Of a DNA stretch of 45,817 bases, positions 1 to 7,744 are shown one piece after another. Within the stretch, counting starts at the first letter, position 1, and each line of letters opens with the position of its first letter. Below the pieces are notes generated by a model, which saw only the letters and a list, made by a program, of their open reading frames with translations, did not search any database and was not told the origin of the DNA. The position numbers and the translations under genes are program-made. The stretch is from IMG/VR virus record IMGVR_UViG_3300046000_002502, positions 1 through 45,817 of that record; one strand, written 5' to 3'. This stretch comes from a virus. Its lineage: Duplodnaviria > Caudoviricetes.

Positions 1-167
1 TTTACTTTGATCTCGCCGATTGTCGGGTTCGTGTCCTTTTTAGACCACGAAACATCCCGCCAAACAGCGCAAACCTTGGTGTTGGTGTTCTCAGTCCCGA
101 CGATGCCCGTCAGATTCGCGCAGCCGTTCAGGATCAAGGTTGACGGAATTAGCAGCATCCAGCGCAT
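1..167 (-). CDS. o-spanin (Rz1-like lipoprotein), 3' truncated by window edge; not in ORF track
   Basis: Manual translation from ATG at 167: MRWMLLIPSTLILNGCANLTGIVGTENTNTKVCAVWRDVSWSKKDT...; lipobox LNG-C, GAGAGG RBS, overlaps the 3' end of the upstream TM protein in another frame. Confidence 0.8.
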   Translation of the reverse strand, partial: MRWMLLIPSTLILNGCANLTGIVGTENTNTKVCAVWRDVSWSKKDTNPTIGEIKV

Positions 168-321
168 CTTTGGTCCTCTCAATAATGTCAGCCTGGGCCT
201 TTGCCTTCATGTCTTCGACGGCGTCGGCCCTGATTTTGAGATAGATGCCAAAGAGGGCGGCGAGAATGACGCCCCCGATGGCAATGTACCGCCCGATCGG
301 GCTAAACAGTAAGGTGATCAT
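91..321 (-). CDS. i-spanin (Rz-like)
   Basis: N-terminal TM helix (YIAIGGVILAALFGIYL) followed by a helical periplasmic tail; directly after the endolysin and overlapping the lipoprotein gene. Confidence 0.75.
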   Translation of the reverse strand: MITLLFSPIGRYIAIGGVILAALFGIYLKIRADAVEDMKAKAQADIIERTKDALDAANSVNLDPERLRESDGHRRD

Positions 322-1037
322 GCACCATCCTCGTCAAGCCTCTGTTTCCGGAAAAACCAAACCGCACCAGCCGCTGCGATAATCACAAAGAGGATTAGGA
401 TCGTCGGGCTCAAGGACCCGAGCAAATCGCCACCCTCACGGACCATTGGCATGACTTCTTGAACGACCGCAATCGTGCCCAACCCGCCAGCCGCCACAGC
501 GGCGTTGGCTTCCTTCGACTGGGTAATTGATTTGCGGGCCTTGGGCTGATCCGGTTCTGCACGGGCCTCGTCTACAGAGATCGGCTTCTCGGTATCAAGG
601 CCGCGCCACAACTTGACCTCTGCTCTCCTGCGGCGAACCAGACCCGGCAATTCTTTGCCGCCGCCCTTGGTCCACTTCATAAACTCGGCAGGAACCTCGT
701 CAAACTTCTCAGCGTTCACCTTCTTCAACAGCGTAGACTTTTGCAGAGCGCCCACGCCAGCATTGTAAGCAAAGTCAACCAGAGCATCAAACTGGCCCTG
801 TGTCAGATCGACCTTGACGTACTTGCGGACGCCCTCTTCGTACTGCTCCATATCCCGCGCAAGGACTTCTTCAGCTTCGTCCTTGGTAATCACAAGATCA
901 GGGTTAACGATTGGAGCGCCTGCGGCAGTTGTATGGCCGTAGCCAATGGTCCAAACCGATGCCGGGCATTTATATGCCTTTAGTCTAAGACCCTCAAACT
1001 CTTTCACCGTGGCAAGTCCGGCTGCTGACATCTTCAT
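318..1037 (-). CDS. GH24 phage lysozyme (endolysin) with C-terminal hydrophobic/TM tail
   Basis: EFEGLRLKAYKCPASVWTIGYGHT, QFDALVDFAYNAG and GLVRRRRAE motifs; C-terminal TILILFVIIAAAGAVWFF helix. Confidence 0.95.
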   Translation of the reverse strand: MKMSAAGLATVKEFEGLRLKAYKCPASVWTIGYGHTTAAGAPIVNPDLVITKDEAEEVLARDMEQYEEGVRKYVKVDLTQGQFDALVDFAYNAGVGALQKSTLLKKVNAEKFDEVPAEFMKWTKGGGKELPGLVRRRRAEVKLWRGLDTEKPISVDEARAEPDQPKARKSITQSKEANAAVAAGGLGTIAVVQEVMPMVREGGDLLGSLSPTILILFVIIAAAGAVWFFRKQRLDEDGA

Positions 1038-1048
1038 TTCAACTCTCC

Positions 1049-1762
1049 CTATTTCGCGATCTCACGCGCAGTTTGGTTAATTCGGGCTTTCACAGCAATT
1101 ATATCACGCGGCGGTTGTTTGAAAGCAACGGCAACATACCCAACCATATGGCCTGCGTCAGGTGGTGCAGATCCCCGGCACAGGTAAGTCACGTTGCGAC
1201 TTAGCAGCCATTCACCGAGATCCGACGACGCCTCAAACGGCTCACAGGCTATCTCGCCGTTCAGCATCGCTATTGCCGCACGGTTCCTGGCTGGTGATCC
1301 TGAAAAGAACGCACCCTTGCGCCCCTCTAACGGCAAATATCTGCCATCCGCTGACAGAACAACTTTCGTTGTGCGCGCGTTCTTGCCAAGGTCAACTGAA
1401 TGGATCATTACGGCTTCAGCCCTGAGATCGCGCATTAGTAGACCACCTGCACCCGCTATGTGCTGGTCGTCCGCCAACACTGGCATGGTGTCGCGACTGA
1501 GCATTGATCCGACAAGCTTGTCCTGCTGTTCGTAGATGATGTAGCCAGCCAGACCAAAGACGCCCAGACCAATAACTGTTGCCAGCTTAAACGGGCTGTC
1601 GATCCACTTTACGAGATCAAGCGCCTTGTCGATCGGCCCACCGGGAGGCTTGGGAGGCGCGACAACGACTTCTGGAATCTTAGCGACAGGCTTCCTGCGA
1701 GCGGCTGGCTTCTTTGCCAACGGCTTCTTTGCCAATACCTTTTTAGCAGGAAGTTTTGCCAT
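1049..1762 (-). CDS. single-TM membrane protein with periplasmic GAF-like domain, candidate T4 gpT-type holin
   Basis: K/A/P-rich N-terminus, TM LATVIGLGVFGLAGYIIY, ~150-aa C-terminal domain with two Cys ending ...VGYVAVAF...INQTAREIAK; immediately upstream of endolysin; start inferred from TAATG overlap. Confidence 0.5.
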   Translation of the reverse strand: MAKLPAKKVLAKKPLAKKPAARRKPVAKIPEVVVAPPKPPGGPIDKALDLVKWIDSPFKLATVIGLGVFGLAGYIIYEQQDKLVGSMLSRDTMPVLADDQHIAGAGGLLMRDLRAEAVMIHSVDLGKNARTTKVVLSADGRYLPLEGRKGAFFSGSPARNRAAIAMLNGEIACEPFEASSDLGEWLLSRNVTYLCRGSAPPDAGHMVGYVAVAFKQPPRDIIAVKARINQTAREIAK

Positions 1763-2232
1763 TATGCCATCCAAACTGCTAGGATAAGTAATCCTGCCAT
1801 GATCGTTAACGCTGCCAACACAACTAGCCCCAGTTGAACCAAGTCGTCCCGCATTCGCTGGGCTTCACGAGCTTTCTGTTCTTCAAGCTGTCTCTGTTGC
1901 TTCCGCACGCGAATGACCTCTTTAAGAACTTCCTCCCAACCCCGTACTCCGTAAATAGATATAAAGTCGTTCTTTACCTTCTCCGCCATCTCTGCCGCTT
2001 GCTTCCGCTTCATGACGGTATCAAGGGCAATTTCTTCGGCAGTCGTTTTACTAAATAGTCTAGGCCTCGGCGGTGTCTTGCTGGCCTGAGTTAGTTTAGC
2101 GACCGACCCATACAATTTCGCGACATCGCCGCACATTGAGTTGATGTCTTTGCCGAACTTAATGCCCTGCTGAACTGCGTTGAAGGCAGTCTTGGCTGCT
2201 CCAAAGACAAGCGCGATTGTAGCAGGGTCCAT
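1762..2232 (-). CDS. hypothetical coiled-coil protein with C-terminal TM helix
   Basis: 156-aa ORF, coiled coil then LGLVVLAALTIMAGLLILAVW; lies in lysis cluster. Confidence 0.7.
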   Translation of the reverse strand: MDPATIALVFGAAKTAFNAVQQGIKFGKDINSMCGDVAKLYGSVAKLTQASKTPPRPRLFSKTTAEEIALDTVMKRKQAAEMAEKVKNDFISIYGVRGWEEVLKEVIRVRKQQRQLEEQKAREAQRMRDDLVQLGLVVLAALTIMAGLLILAVWMA

Positions 2233-2241
2233 GTCATTACC

Positions 2242-2421
2242 TTACCCCTGCTTCTTTCCCAACCACCGCTGCACAGTGTCAGTCTCGTAAATCCGTATGC
2301 TGGTCCAGATGATCGTGAACAGCGCCGCTGCGTGTGGAAGCACGTTTGTTAATGTCCCTATGACCGTGATGACGGAGGCGGCATCCGCGACGTGCTTGAT
2401 CGTTTCATCTGGTCCAGTCAT
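2242..2421 (-). CDS. small hydrophobic protein, putative holin (59 aa; not in ORF track)
   Basis: Manual translation MTGPDETIKHVADAASVITVIGTLTNVLPHAAALFTIIWTSIRIYETDTVQRWLGKKQG; fills the gap between neighbouring genes; GGAGG upstream. Confidence 0.65.
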   Translation of the reverse strand: MTGPDETIKHVADAASVITVIGTLTNVLPHAAALFTIIWTSIRIYETDTVQRWLGKKQG

Positions 2422-2422
2422 T

Positions 2423-2926
2423 TCACGGTGCCTCCGGCCATGTCACGTTCCAAGGGAACCCTTCTTGCACTGTAACATCACGCAGAGCCTGACGGTAGGT
2501 AGCCCATGCGGGTTTGTCAGCTGTGCTGTCAGCAATCTGCGTCCAGTCGCACTCTGCCAGCTTGTCGTTGCGGCTGGTGCGGACGGAGGCGGCTTGTTCT
2601 GCGTCCTTGGCGACTTTGTACGCAGCCTCTGCCTCGGCAGCAGTTGTGGTGACGCCATCTTGTGTGGTGTCCGTGAACACCGGGCCAAGGATGTACTTGG
2701 TGAACCACTTGCCCTCGATCTGCTCGATGCCGTCATACTGGCTGTACTGGTAGACCGTACCGCCGGAGGCTTGCGGTCCTTCAAACACAGGATCAGCGCC
2801 AATAATATCAAGGATTTCCTGCGTAAGAACAGGGGCTTTCCAAGCTGCGTTGGCTGCGGACTTCAGCAGCATACGGAACTCGCTGTCCTGCATTAACTGG
2901 CCTGTGGAGCGGATGCGGATGGTCAT
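2423..2926 (-). CDS. tail fibre assembly chaperone-like protein
   Basis: C-terminal VRTSRNDKLAECDWTQIAD...WATYRQALRDV...FPWNVTWPEAP signature; follows the tail fibre gene. Confidence 0.8.
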   Translation of the reverse strand: MTIRIRSTGQLMQDSEFRMLLKSAANAAWKAPVLTQEILDIIGADPVFEGPQASGGTVYQYSQYDGIEQIEGKWFTKYILGPVFTDTTQDGVTTTAAEAEAAYKVAKDAEQAASVRTSRNDKLAECDWTQIADSTADKPAWATYRQALRDVTVQEGFPWNVTWPEAP

Positions 2927-2937
2927 GATCGTGTTCC

Positions 2938-5013
2938 TTACGCGATTGCCAAGAAGATAAATGTGCCGCCGTTAGCATTGATTGCAGCGGGAGCCGTGGA
3001 GCTGATTTCAAAGCCAGATGCAGCCGTGTCAACGTAGTCGGTATTGGTGACTTCCGCAGCCGTGCTGTTGAGCCACAGATATGGATCATTGCCAGCAACT
3101 ATGCCGCGTGCGCTGTCCCAGACGTACCAGTCACCTGTAGAGCCCGAAGAGTCGGCGCGCTTAATCATCACAAACCTTGAGCCAGCCGTAAACCCACAGT
3201 TGATGGTTTGCGTTGAGCCAGTGCCGGTGTATGAGCCAACTTTAGATACACCTGCAACTGTGGCAAAGAGATAGGCAACGCACGTGGCGGCAGACACATT
3301 GAGAGCAGTTATGATGTTTGAACCTATATACTGAATGTTTACTGTTGTTGGTGTCGCTATTGAAGAAATTGCAAAGTCTCCTTGAGAGCCGTCTGTCGTG
3401 TTTAAATAAACAGAGCGATAGTTAGACCCGACTTTTGAAAGAACCTGCCAGTACCCCCCATATGTGCCACTTTGACTTCTTGATCTGATAATCAATAACT
3501 CCGGCGTTACTCCAAGATTGTGGGTTTGAAGGTTGGTGCTACCAGTCCCAGTATAGCAAAACTCATCGAAAAAGCCGGGGGCACGGCGAAAAGACCAAAA
3601 GATAGCATCTTGACCCGCGCTGGCAAAGTTTTCCACAAACGCTACATTTGAGTCGAAATAGTTAATATATGGCGCCACATCAGTCTGTTCGGCAACTGTT
3701 GAGTTTAAACGAAGCTGTTGCGTCCCACCACGCAATCTATCAAATGAATAGTTTGTTCTTCCCGCTGTCGATCTACCATTTCTCCACCATTCCATATCAA
3801 CAGGGAAATTAGTTGTAACTGTAGTTGGTGCAGTAGTAGTCTGGGCAACAGGACTAAACACCTTCGTCGCATCAGTCGGCACCTTCATCGGGCCACGGCG
3901 GATGGCGATGTAGATGTAGGTGTCGCTAGTAGTGTTAGCTCCAGCCGCAGTTGTATTAATTTGAAAGCCTGTCGCAGTCGGGCTGATGGTGTTTCCGCCC
4001 TGTTCTGCGGCTGATGTATTTGGACGCAACAATTTTGTGCTTCCCGTATTTACATCTGACACTGGCATTCCACGCATTGTGTCGTACATAAACCAATCAA
4101 CTGCCGAAGTAGTATTTTTGACTATAATAAATTGCGGCTCATATCCTAAATTTATAGCTGGCCCCGGATTTACGCCAGTACCCACATAGCTCCCACACGA
4201 AATCACATTGTCCGTGCCGGTCAGGCCGAAGCCTCCTGCGTTGTGAGCAAATAGGTAGGCGACGTAGGTGCCGCCATTAGCGGTCAACCCCAGCGTAGAG
4301 CTAACATTAAAGGTCGTACTTGTTGGCGTCCAAAAGAAACCTGTGTCTTCCGCAGCGGTGCTGTTCAATATTATGTATTTATTACCTATTCCAGACAGCC
4401 CTCTATGGTAAACATACCAACTAGCCACGGCATCTGTGCGTTTTACAATGATGCAACCCGGTTCTGAACCTAAATTGTGTGAGATTGTAGCGTTAGAACC
4501 CGTGCCAGTATACGTCACAATATCAAAAAATTTCGGCTGCTCGCGGAAGGTCCAAGAAACCATAGTATCGTTCAGGTTGTTTACGTTCCCGTTTGACCCA
4601 AGAGAAAAACCTGTCGTATTAAACGCAGATACGGCCGTCCCAGCAGGATTTATTGCGGCGTTTGAAGAATTTGAAAAAACAACGCTGTTAACGCCACGGA
4701 CAGTATCCTGTAGCCAATGATTTGATGTTCCAAACTCGGAGGTCCGGCCCTTCATCCAAACCAAACCCCCATTGGCGGACAAGTTAACCCCATTGGTGAT
4801 CGTCTGCGTGGAGCCGTTGCCCGTGTACAGGTACGTCGAGAACACGTCTTCAATGAAGTTTGGAACATTCCCCGCCAACGGCCATATGCCAGCCTTCGCG
4901 GCCTGTAGCTGCTGGTCGAGCGTCCATATGCCGGGAGCTGTGCCGTTCTCATACGGTCCCGCAGGAACAACAGGGGTCTTCGTGATGATGCCGCCGGGGT
5001 ATCTCGTGCTCAC
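2938..5013 (-). CDS. tail fibre / receptor-binding protein with internal YTG[NT]G repeats
   Basis: Five or more repeats of YTGxGS..TIxHxLGxxPxxIIxK; G/S/T-rich beta-strand composition; position in tail module. Confidence 0.75.
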   Translation of the reverse strand: MSTRYPGGIITKTPVVPAGPYENGTAPGIWTLDQQLQAAKAGIWPLAGNVPNFIEDVFSTYLYTGNGSTQTITNGVNLSANGGLVWMKGRTSEFGTSNHWLQDTVRGVNSVVFSNSSNAAINPAGTAVSAFNTTGFSLGSNGNVNNLNDTMVSWTFREQPKFFDIVTYTGTGSNATISHNLGSEPGCIIVKRTDAVASWYVYHRGLSGIGNKYIILNSTAAEDTGFFWTPTSTTFNVSSTLGLTANGGTYVAYLFAHNAGGFGLTGTDNVISCGSYVGTGVNPGPAINLGYEPQFIIVKNTTSAVDWFMYDTMRGMPVSDVNTGSTKLLRPNTSAAEQGGNTISPTATGFQINTTAAGANTTSDTYIYIAIRRGPMKVPTDATKVFSPVAQTTTAPTTVTTNFPVDMEWWRNGRSTAGRTNYSFDRLRGGTQQLRLNSTVAEQTDVAPYINYFDSNVAFVENFASAGQDAIFWSFRRAPGFFDEFCYTGTGSTNLQTHNLGVTPELLIIRSRSQSGTYGGYWQVLSKVGSNYRSVYLNTTDGSQGDFAISSIATPTTVNIQYIGSNIITALNVSAATCVAYLFATVAGVSKVGSYTGTGSTQTINCGFTAGSRFVMIKRADSSGSTGDWYVWDSARGIVAGNDPYLWLNSTAAEVTNTDYVDTAASGFEISSTAPAAINANGGTFIFLAIA

Positions 5014-5017
5014 GGTG

Positions 5018-5272
5018 CTACCTCAAGTTCATTGGGTCAAACGGCTTGTTAGCCTCGTCAATCTCAGCTTGTGTAGCCTGACGCACAACCCACGTCATGC
5101 GCCACGTACCGCCGTCATTTACCGGAGCGCCCTCGCCACAGCGTTGCGTTGCACGGTCAAACTCCGGCGGGTCTGTCCACTGAACAACGGCGTACTCACC
5201 TGCCGGGTCAAGGGCAATGTCGCCAGCGTGGCGCGGGTACTCATTGGTGGATAGCTTGATGTACGCGGTCAT
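5018..5272 (-). CDS. hypothetical protein, possible tail fibre chaperone
   Basis: 84 aa; P.FD..TQ...EG.P....G.W...W.V pattern resembles part of the 2423-2926 product. Confidence 0.55.
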   Translation of the reverse strand: MTAYIKLSTNEYPRHAGDIALDPAGEYAVVQWTDPPEFDRATQRCGEGAPVNDGGTWRMTWVVRQATQAEIDEANKPFDPMNLR

Positions 5273-6660
5273 ATCGTCGTCACCGAAGATGTAAGGGTTG
5301 TAGCTGCATCTGTGAGGGTAGATGCGGAGTCTGTGAGGGTAGAGGCCGCATCTGTAAGGCTAGATGTGGCGCTTGTTAAAGATGTTGCGGCGTCGGTTAG
5401 CGTTGAGGCAGCATAGGTAAATGAAGCCCCATCAACCGTGTAAGTCCCCGTCAGAGAACCATCTCCGGGAAGTCTTGCAAACAGGAAATCATTTGTTCCA
5501 ACGGCATTTGATTGTCCACAAACATAAACAGCGCCCGCACTATCAACGGCTATGGAACGTCCTATGTCGGTTGATGTTGAGCCAAGCCTGCGTTGCCACT
5601 GGATCGTGCCAGAAGTGTTATACTTAGCTATCTGGAAATCATTTGAGCCGCTGGCGTCGGCTACGCCGCAGACATAAACATTTGCAGAGCTATCAACGGC
5701 TATTGAATAACCAATTTCGCTCCCTCCGGCGTGTAGCCTGCGTTGCCATTGAATGGTGCCAGAAGTGTTATACTTGGCTATTTGCAGGTCTTGTGAAATG
5801 CTGCCAATACTCGAATACCCGCAAACATAAACATTACCAGAGCTGTCAACCGCTACAGAAAAACCAACATCACCTGCGGCGCTACTGAGGCTACGTTGCC
5901 ACTGGATAGTGCCAGAAGTATTGTATTTAGCTATTTGGAAAGTTGTTGTTCCGCCGTCGGCTGACGATCCGCAGACATAAACATTTGCAGAACTGTCTAA
6001 AGCTACAGAATAACCAAAATCATTTGATGCAGAACTAAGCCTGCGTTGCCATTGAATGGTACCAGAAGTATTATACTTGGCTATTTGGAAGTCATTTGAA
6101 CCACTGGCGTTTGAAGACCCGCAAACATAGAGATTTCCAGAGCTGTCTACAGAAATAGAATATGCTTCAGTGCTAGTCCCTCCTAACAGTTTGCGTTGCC
6201 ACTGAATTGCCCCCGAGGTGTCGTATTTAGCTATTTGAAAGGCGTAATCCACACCAATAACAACGTGGCGGCCACAAACATAGACATTACCGGAACTATC
6301 GACAGCAACAGAATACCCTTGATTGAGATTGGAGCCGCCAAGTTTTCTTTGCCATTGAATGACGCCAGAAGTATTATATTTGGCTATTTGAAAGTCAGTT
6401 GTTCCACTAGAATTTGACCACCCGCAAAGATAAACATTGCTAACGCTGTCAACAGCTACGGAGTAGCCTAATTCATTTACGGCCCCTCTCAATATTCCAA
6501 TCCAATAGGGGAAATTGCCTGCTGTCGGCCACGTTCCCGCAGCGGTGGACTGCATTTGCTGCGTCAGTGTCCAAATTCCATTCGCCGTGCCGTTTGCGTA
6601 CGGCCCCGTTGGAACGGGCGCAGTCGCGCTAATCACGCCACCCTTATAACGTCTGGACAT
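5269..6660 (-). CDS. beta-propeller (SBBP-like repeats) putative receptor-binding/structural protein
   Basis: Seven ~50-aa repeats GYSVAVDSSGNVYVCG...FQIAKYNTSGTIQWQRRL; N-terminus shared with the 2938-5013 product. Confidence 0.8.
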   Translation of the reverse strand: MSRRYKGGVISATAPVPTGPYANGTANGIWTLTQQMQSTAAGTWPTAGNFPYWIGILRGAVNELGYSVAVDSVSNVYLCGWSNSSGTTDFQIAKYNTSGVIQWQRKLGGSNLNQGYSVAVDSSGNVYVCGRHVVIGVDYAFQIAKYDTSGAIQWQRKLLGGTSTEAYSISVDSSGNLYVCGSSNASGSNDFQIAKYNTSGTIQWQRRLSSASNDFGYSVALDSSANVYVCGSSADGGTTTFQIAKYNTSGTIQWQRSLSSAAGDVGFSVAVDSSGNVYVCGYSSIGSISQDLQIAKYNTSGTIQWQRRLHAGGSEIGYSIAVDSSANVYVCGVADASGSNDFQIAKYNTSGTIQWQRRLGSTSTDIGRSIAVDSAGAVYVCGQSNAVGTNDFLFARLPGDGSLTGTYTVDGASFTYAASTLTDAATSLTSATSSLTDAASTLTDSASTLTDAATTLTSSVTTI

Positions 6661-6669
6661 GATAATTCC

Positions 6670-7068
6670 TTACGAGGTGATGACTTCGTAGCTGATCGTG
6701 TAGGTGATGCCAGACGCCGTGCCGCTGGTGACCGTGATCGACGTGCCTTCCATCAAATAGATGGCGGTCGTCTTGTCGGTCACGATCAGCGATGCGTCAG
6801 CCGGAACCGATACCGTCGAGACAACTGGGTATGCTGTGCCGCCAGCAGGAGCCGAGCCCTGAGCAACAGCGCCGTTGCTGTAGATCGACACTGTGGTGTC
6901 CACCGCAGATGTGCCGTTGACGTTAGCCGCAACGATCTGGTTGATCTTGAAGACCGTGCCAGATGCAGCCGCATTAGGCAACAGGACGACGGCTGTCGTG
7001 CCGCTAGGCGTCAGGTAGGTGGTTGTGCCGAGGATGGATGTTACGTTAACAATGTTTGGGTTGGCCAT
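6670..7068 (-). CDS. putative virion structural protein
   Basis: 132-aa beta-rich ORF with AGGAG RBS, in tail module. Confidence 0.6.
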   Translation of the reverse strand: MANPNIVNVTSILGTTTYLTPSGTTAVVLLPNAAASGTVFKINQIVAANVNGTSAVDTTVSIYSNGAVAQGSAPAGGTAYPVVSTVSVPADASLIVTDKTTAIYLMEGTSITVTSGTASGITYTISYEVITS

Positions 7069-7077
7069 GACAGCTCC

Positions 7078-7395
7078 TTACAAACCGAAGATGATAGAGA
7101 AAGCGACTGCCTGGCCTTTGGTTGCACCGCTAGAAGCAGTTACGAAAGATAGATTTCCAGAGCCGTCAGTTTTGATGATCTGATTCGCGGTTCCGTCAGC
7201 TGTCGGATACTTCAGCCCCGCTGGGTTGTTGATCAGACGCTTGACGGTGCCCGATGCGTTCTCAGCGTACAGAGCCATATCCGCGTCGTTGATGTTGATC
7301 GCAAGCTCACCTTGCGCAAGATCAGCGGCCAAAGGCACAGCTGCGGCTGTCGTCGTGCGATAGAGCTGGATTGGAGTAAATCCTGACTGTGCCAT
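7078..7395 (-). CDS. putative tail fibre-associated structural protein
   Basis: PLAADLAQGELAININD and YPTADGTANQIIKTDGSGNLSF motifs typical of phage fibre segments. Confidence 0.6.
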   Translation of the reverse strand: MAQSGFTPIQLYRTTTAAAVPLAADLAQGELAININDADMALYAENASGTVKRLINNPAGLKYPTADGTANQIIKTDGSGNLSFVTASSGATKGQAVAFSIIFGL

Positions 7396-7399
7396 AATC

Positions 7400-7744
7400 C
7401 TACCTCAGATTTTCAAGTTTGTAGAGCGTCTTCATGTGAAGAGCCGTCAGCTCGTCAACTATGTTCTCAAGAGCAGGAATGTTCCCTGCAATCTTATCCC
7501 GGTTTTCGTTCAGCCACAGTATCTGATCTTTGATCTGGGCAACAATATCTTCTGCCTCGTTCTCCACTTCCTCGACAATGCCGAACACGCCTTGATAGGC
7601 TTCGACCAGCTTGTCTAGGCCGCCAACGACGCCCTCATAATACTTACCCAGAGCCTTGTGCTCAGAATAAGATTTTGTCTTCCAATGCGCAATATGAGTT
7701 GCGTCACGAAGTTTGAAGGTCTTGTCGATCAGTTCCTCAATCAT
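7400..7744 (-). CDS. Dps/ferritin-like four-helix protein (DUF5856-like)
   Basis: HIAHWKTKSYSEHKALGKYYE...DKLVEAYQG and terminal KTLYKL resemble phage Dps-like proteins. Confidence 0.65.
   Translation of the reverse strand: MIEELIDKTFKLRDATHIAHWKTKSYSEHKALGKYYEGVVGGLDKLVEAYQGVFGIVEEVENEAEDIVAQIKDQILWLNENRDKIAGNIPALENIVDELTALHMKTLYKLENLR

Noticed and set aside
2297-2896. Plus-strand 199-aa ORF and similar long antisense ORFs (13673-14392, 16422-17204, 17640-18467, 24964-25782, 34626-35336)
   Set aside because: Shadows of well-supported GC-rich minus-strand genes, with no recognisable motifs
2938-6660. Diversity-generating retroelement or invertase shufflon acting on the RBPs
   Set aside because: No reverse transcriptase, recombinase or TR/VR pair seen in the window
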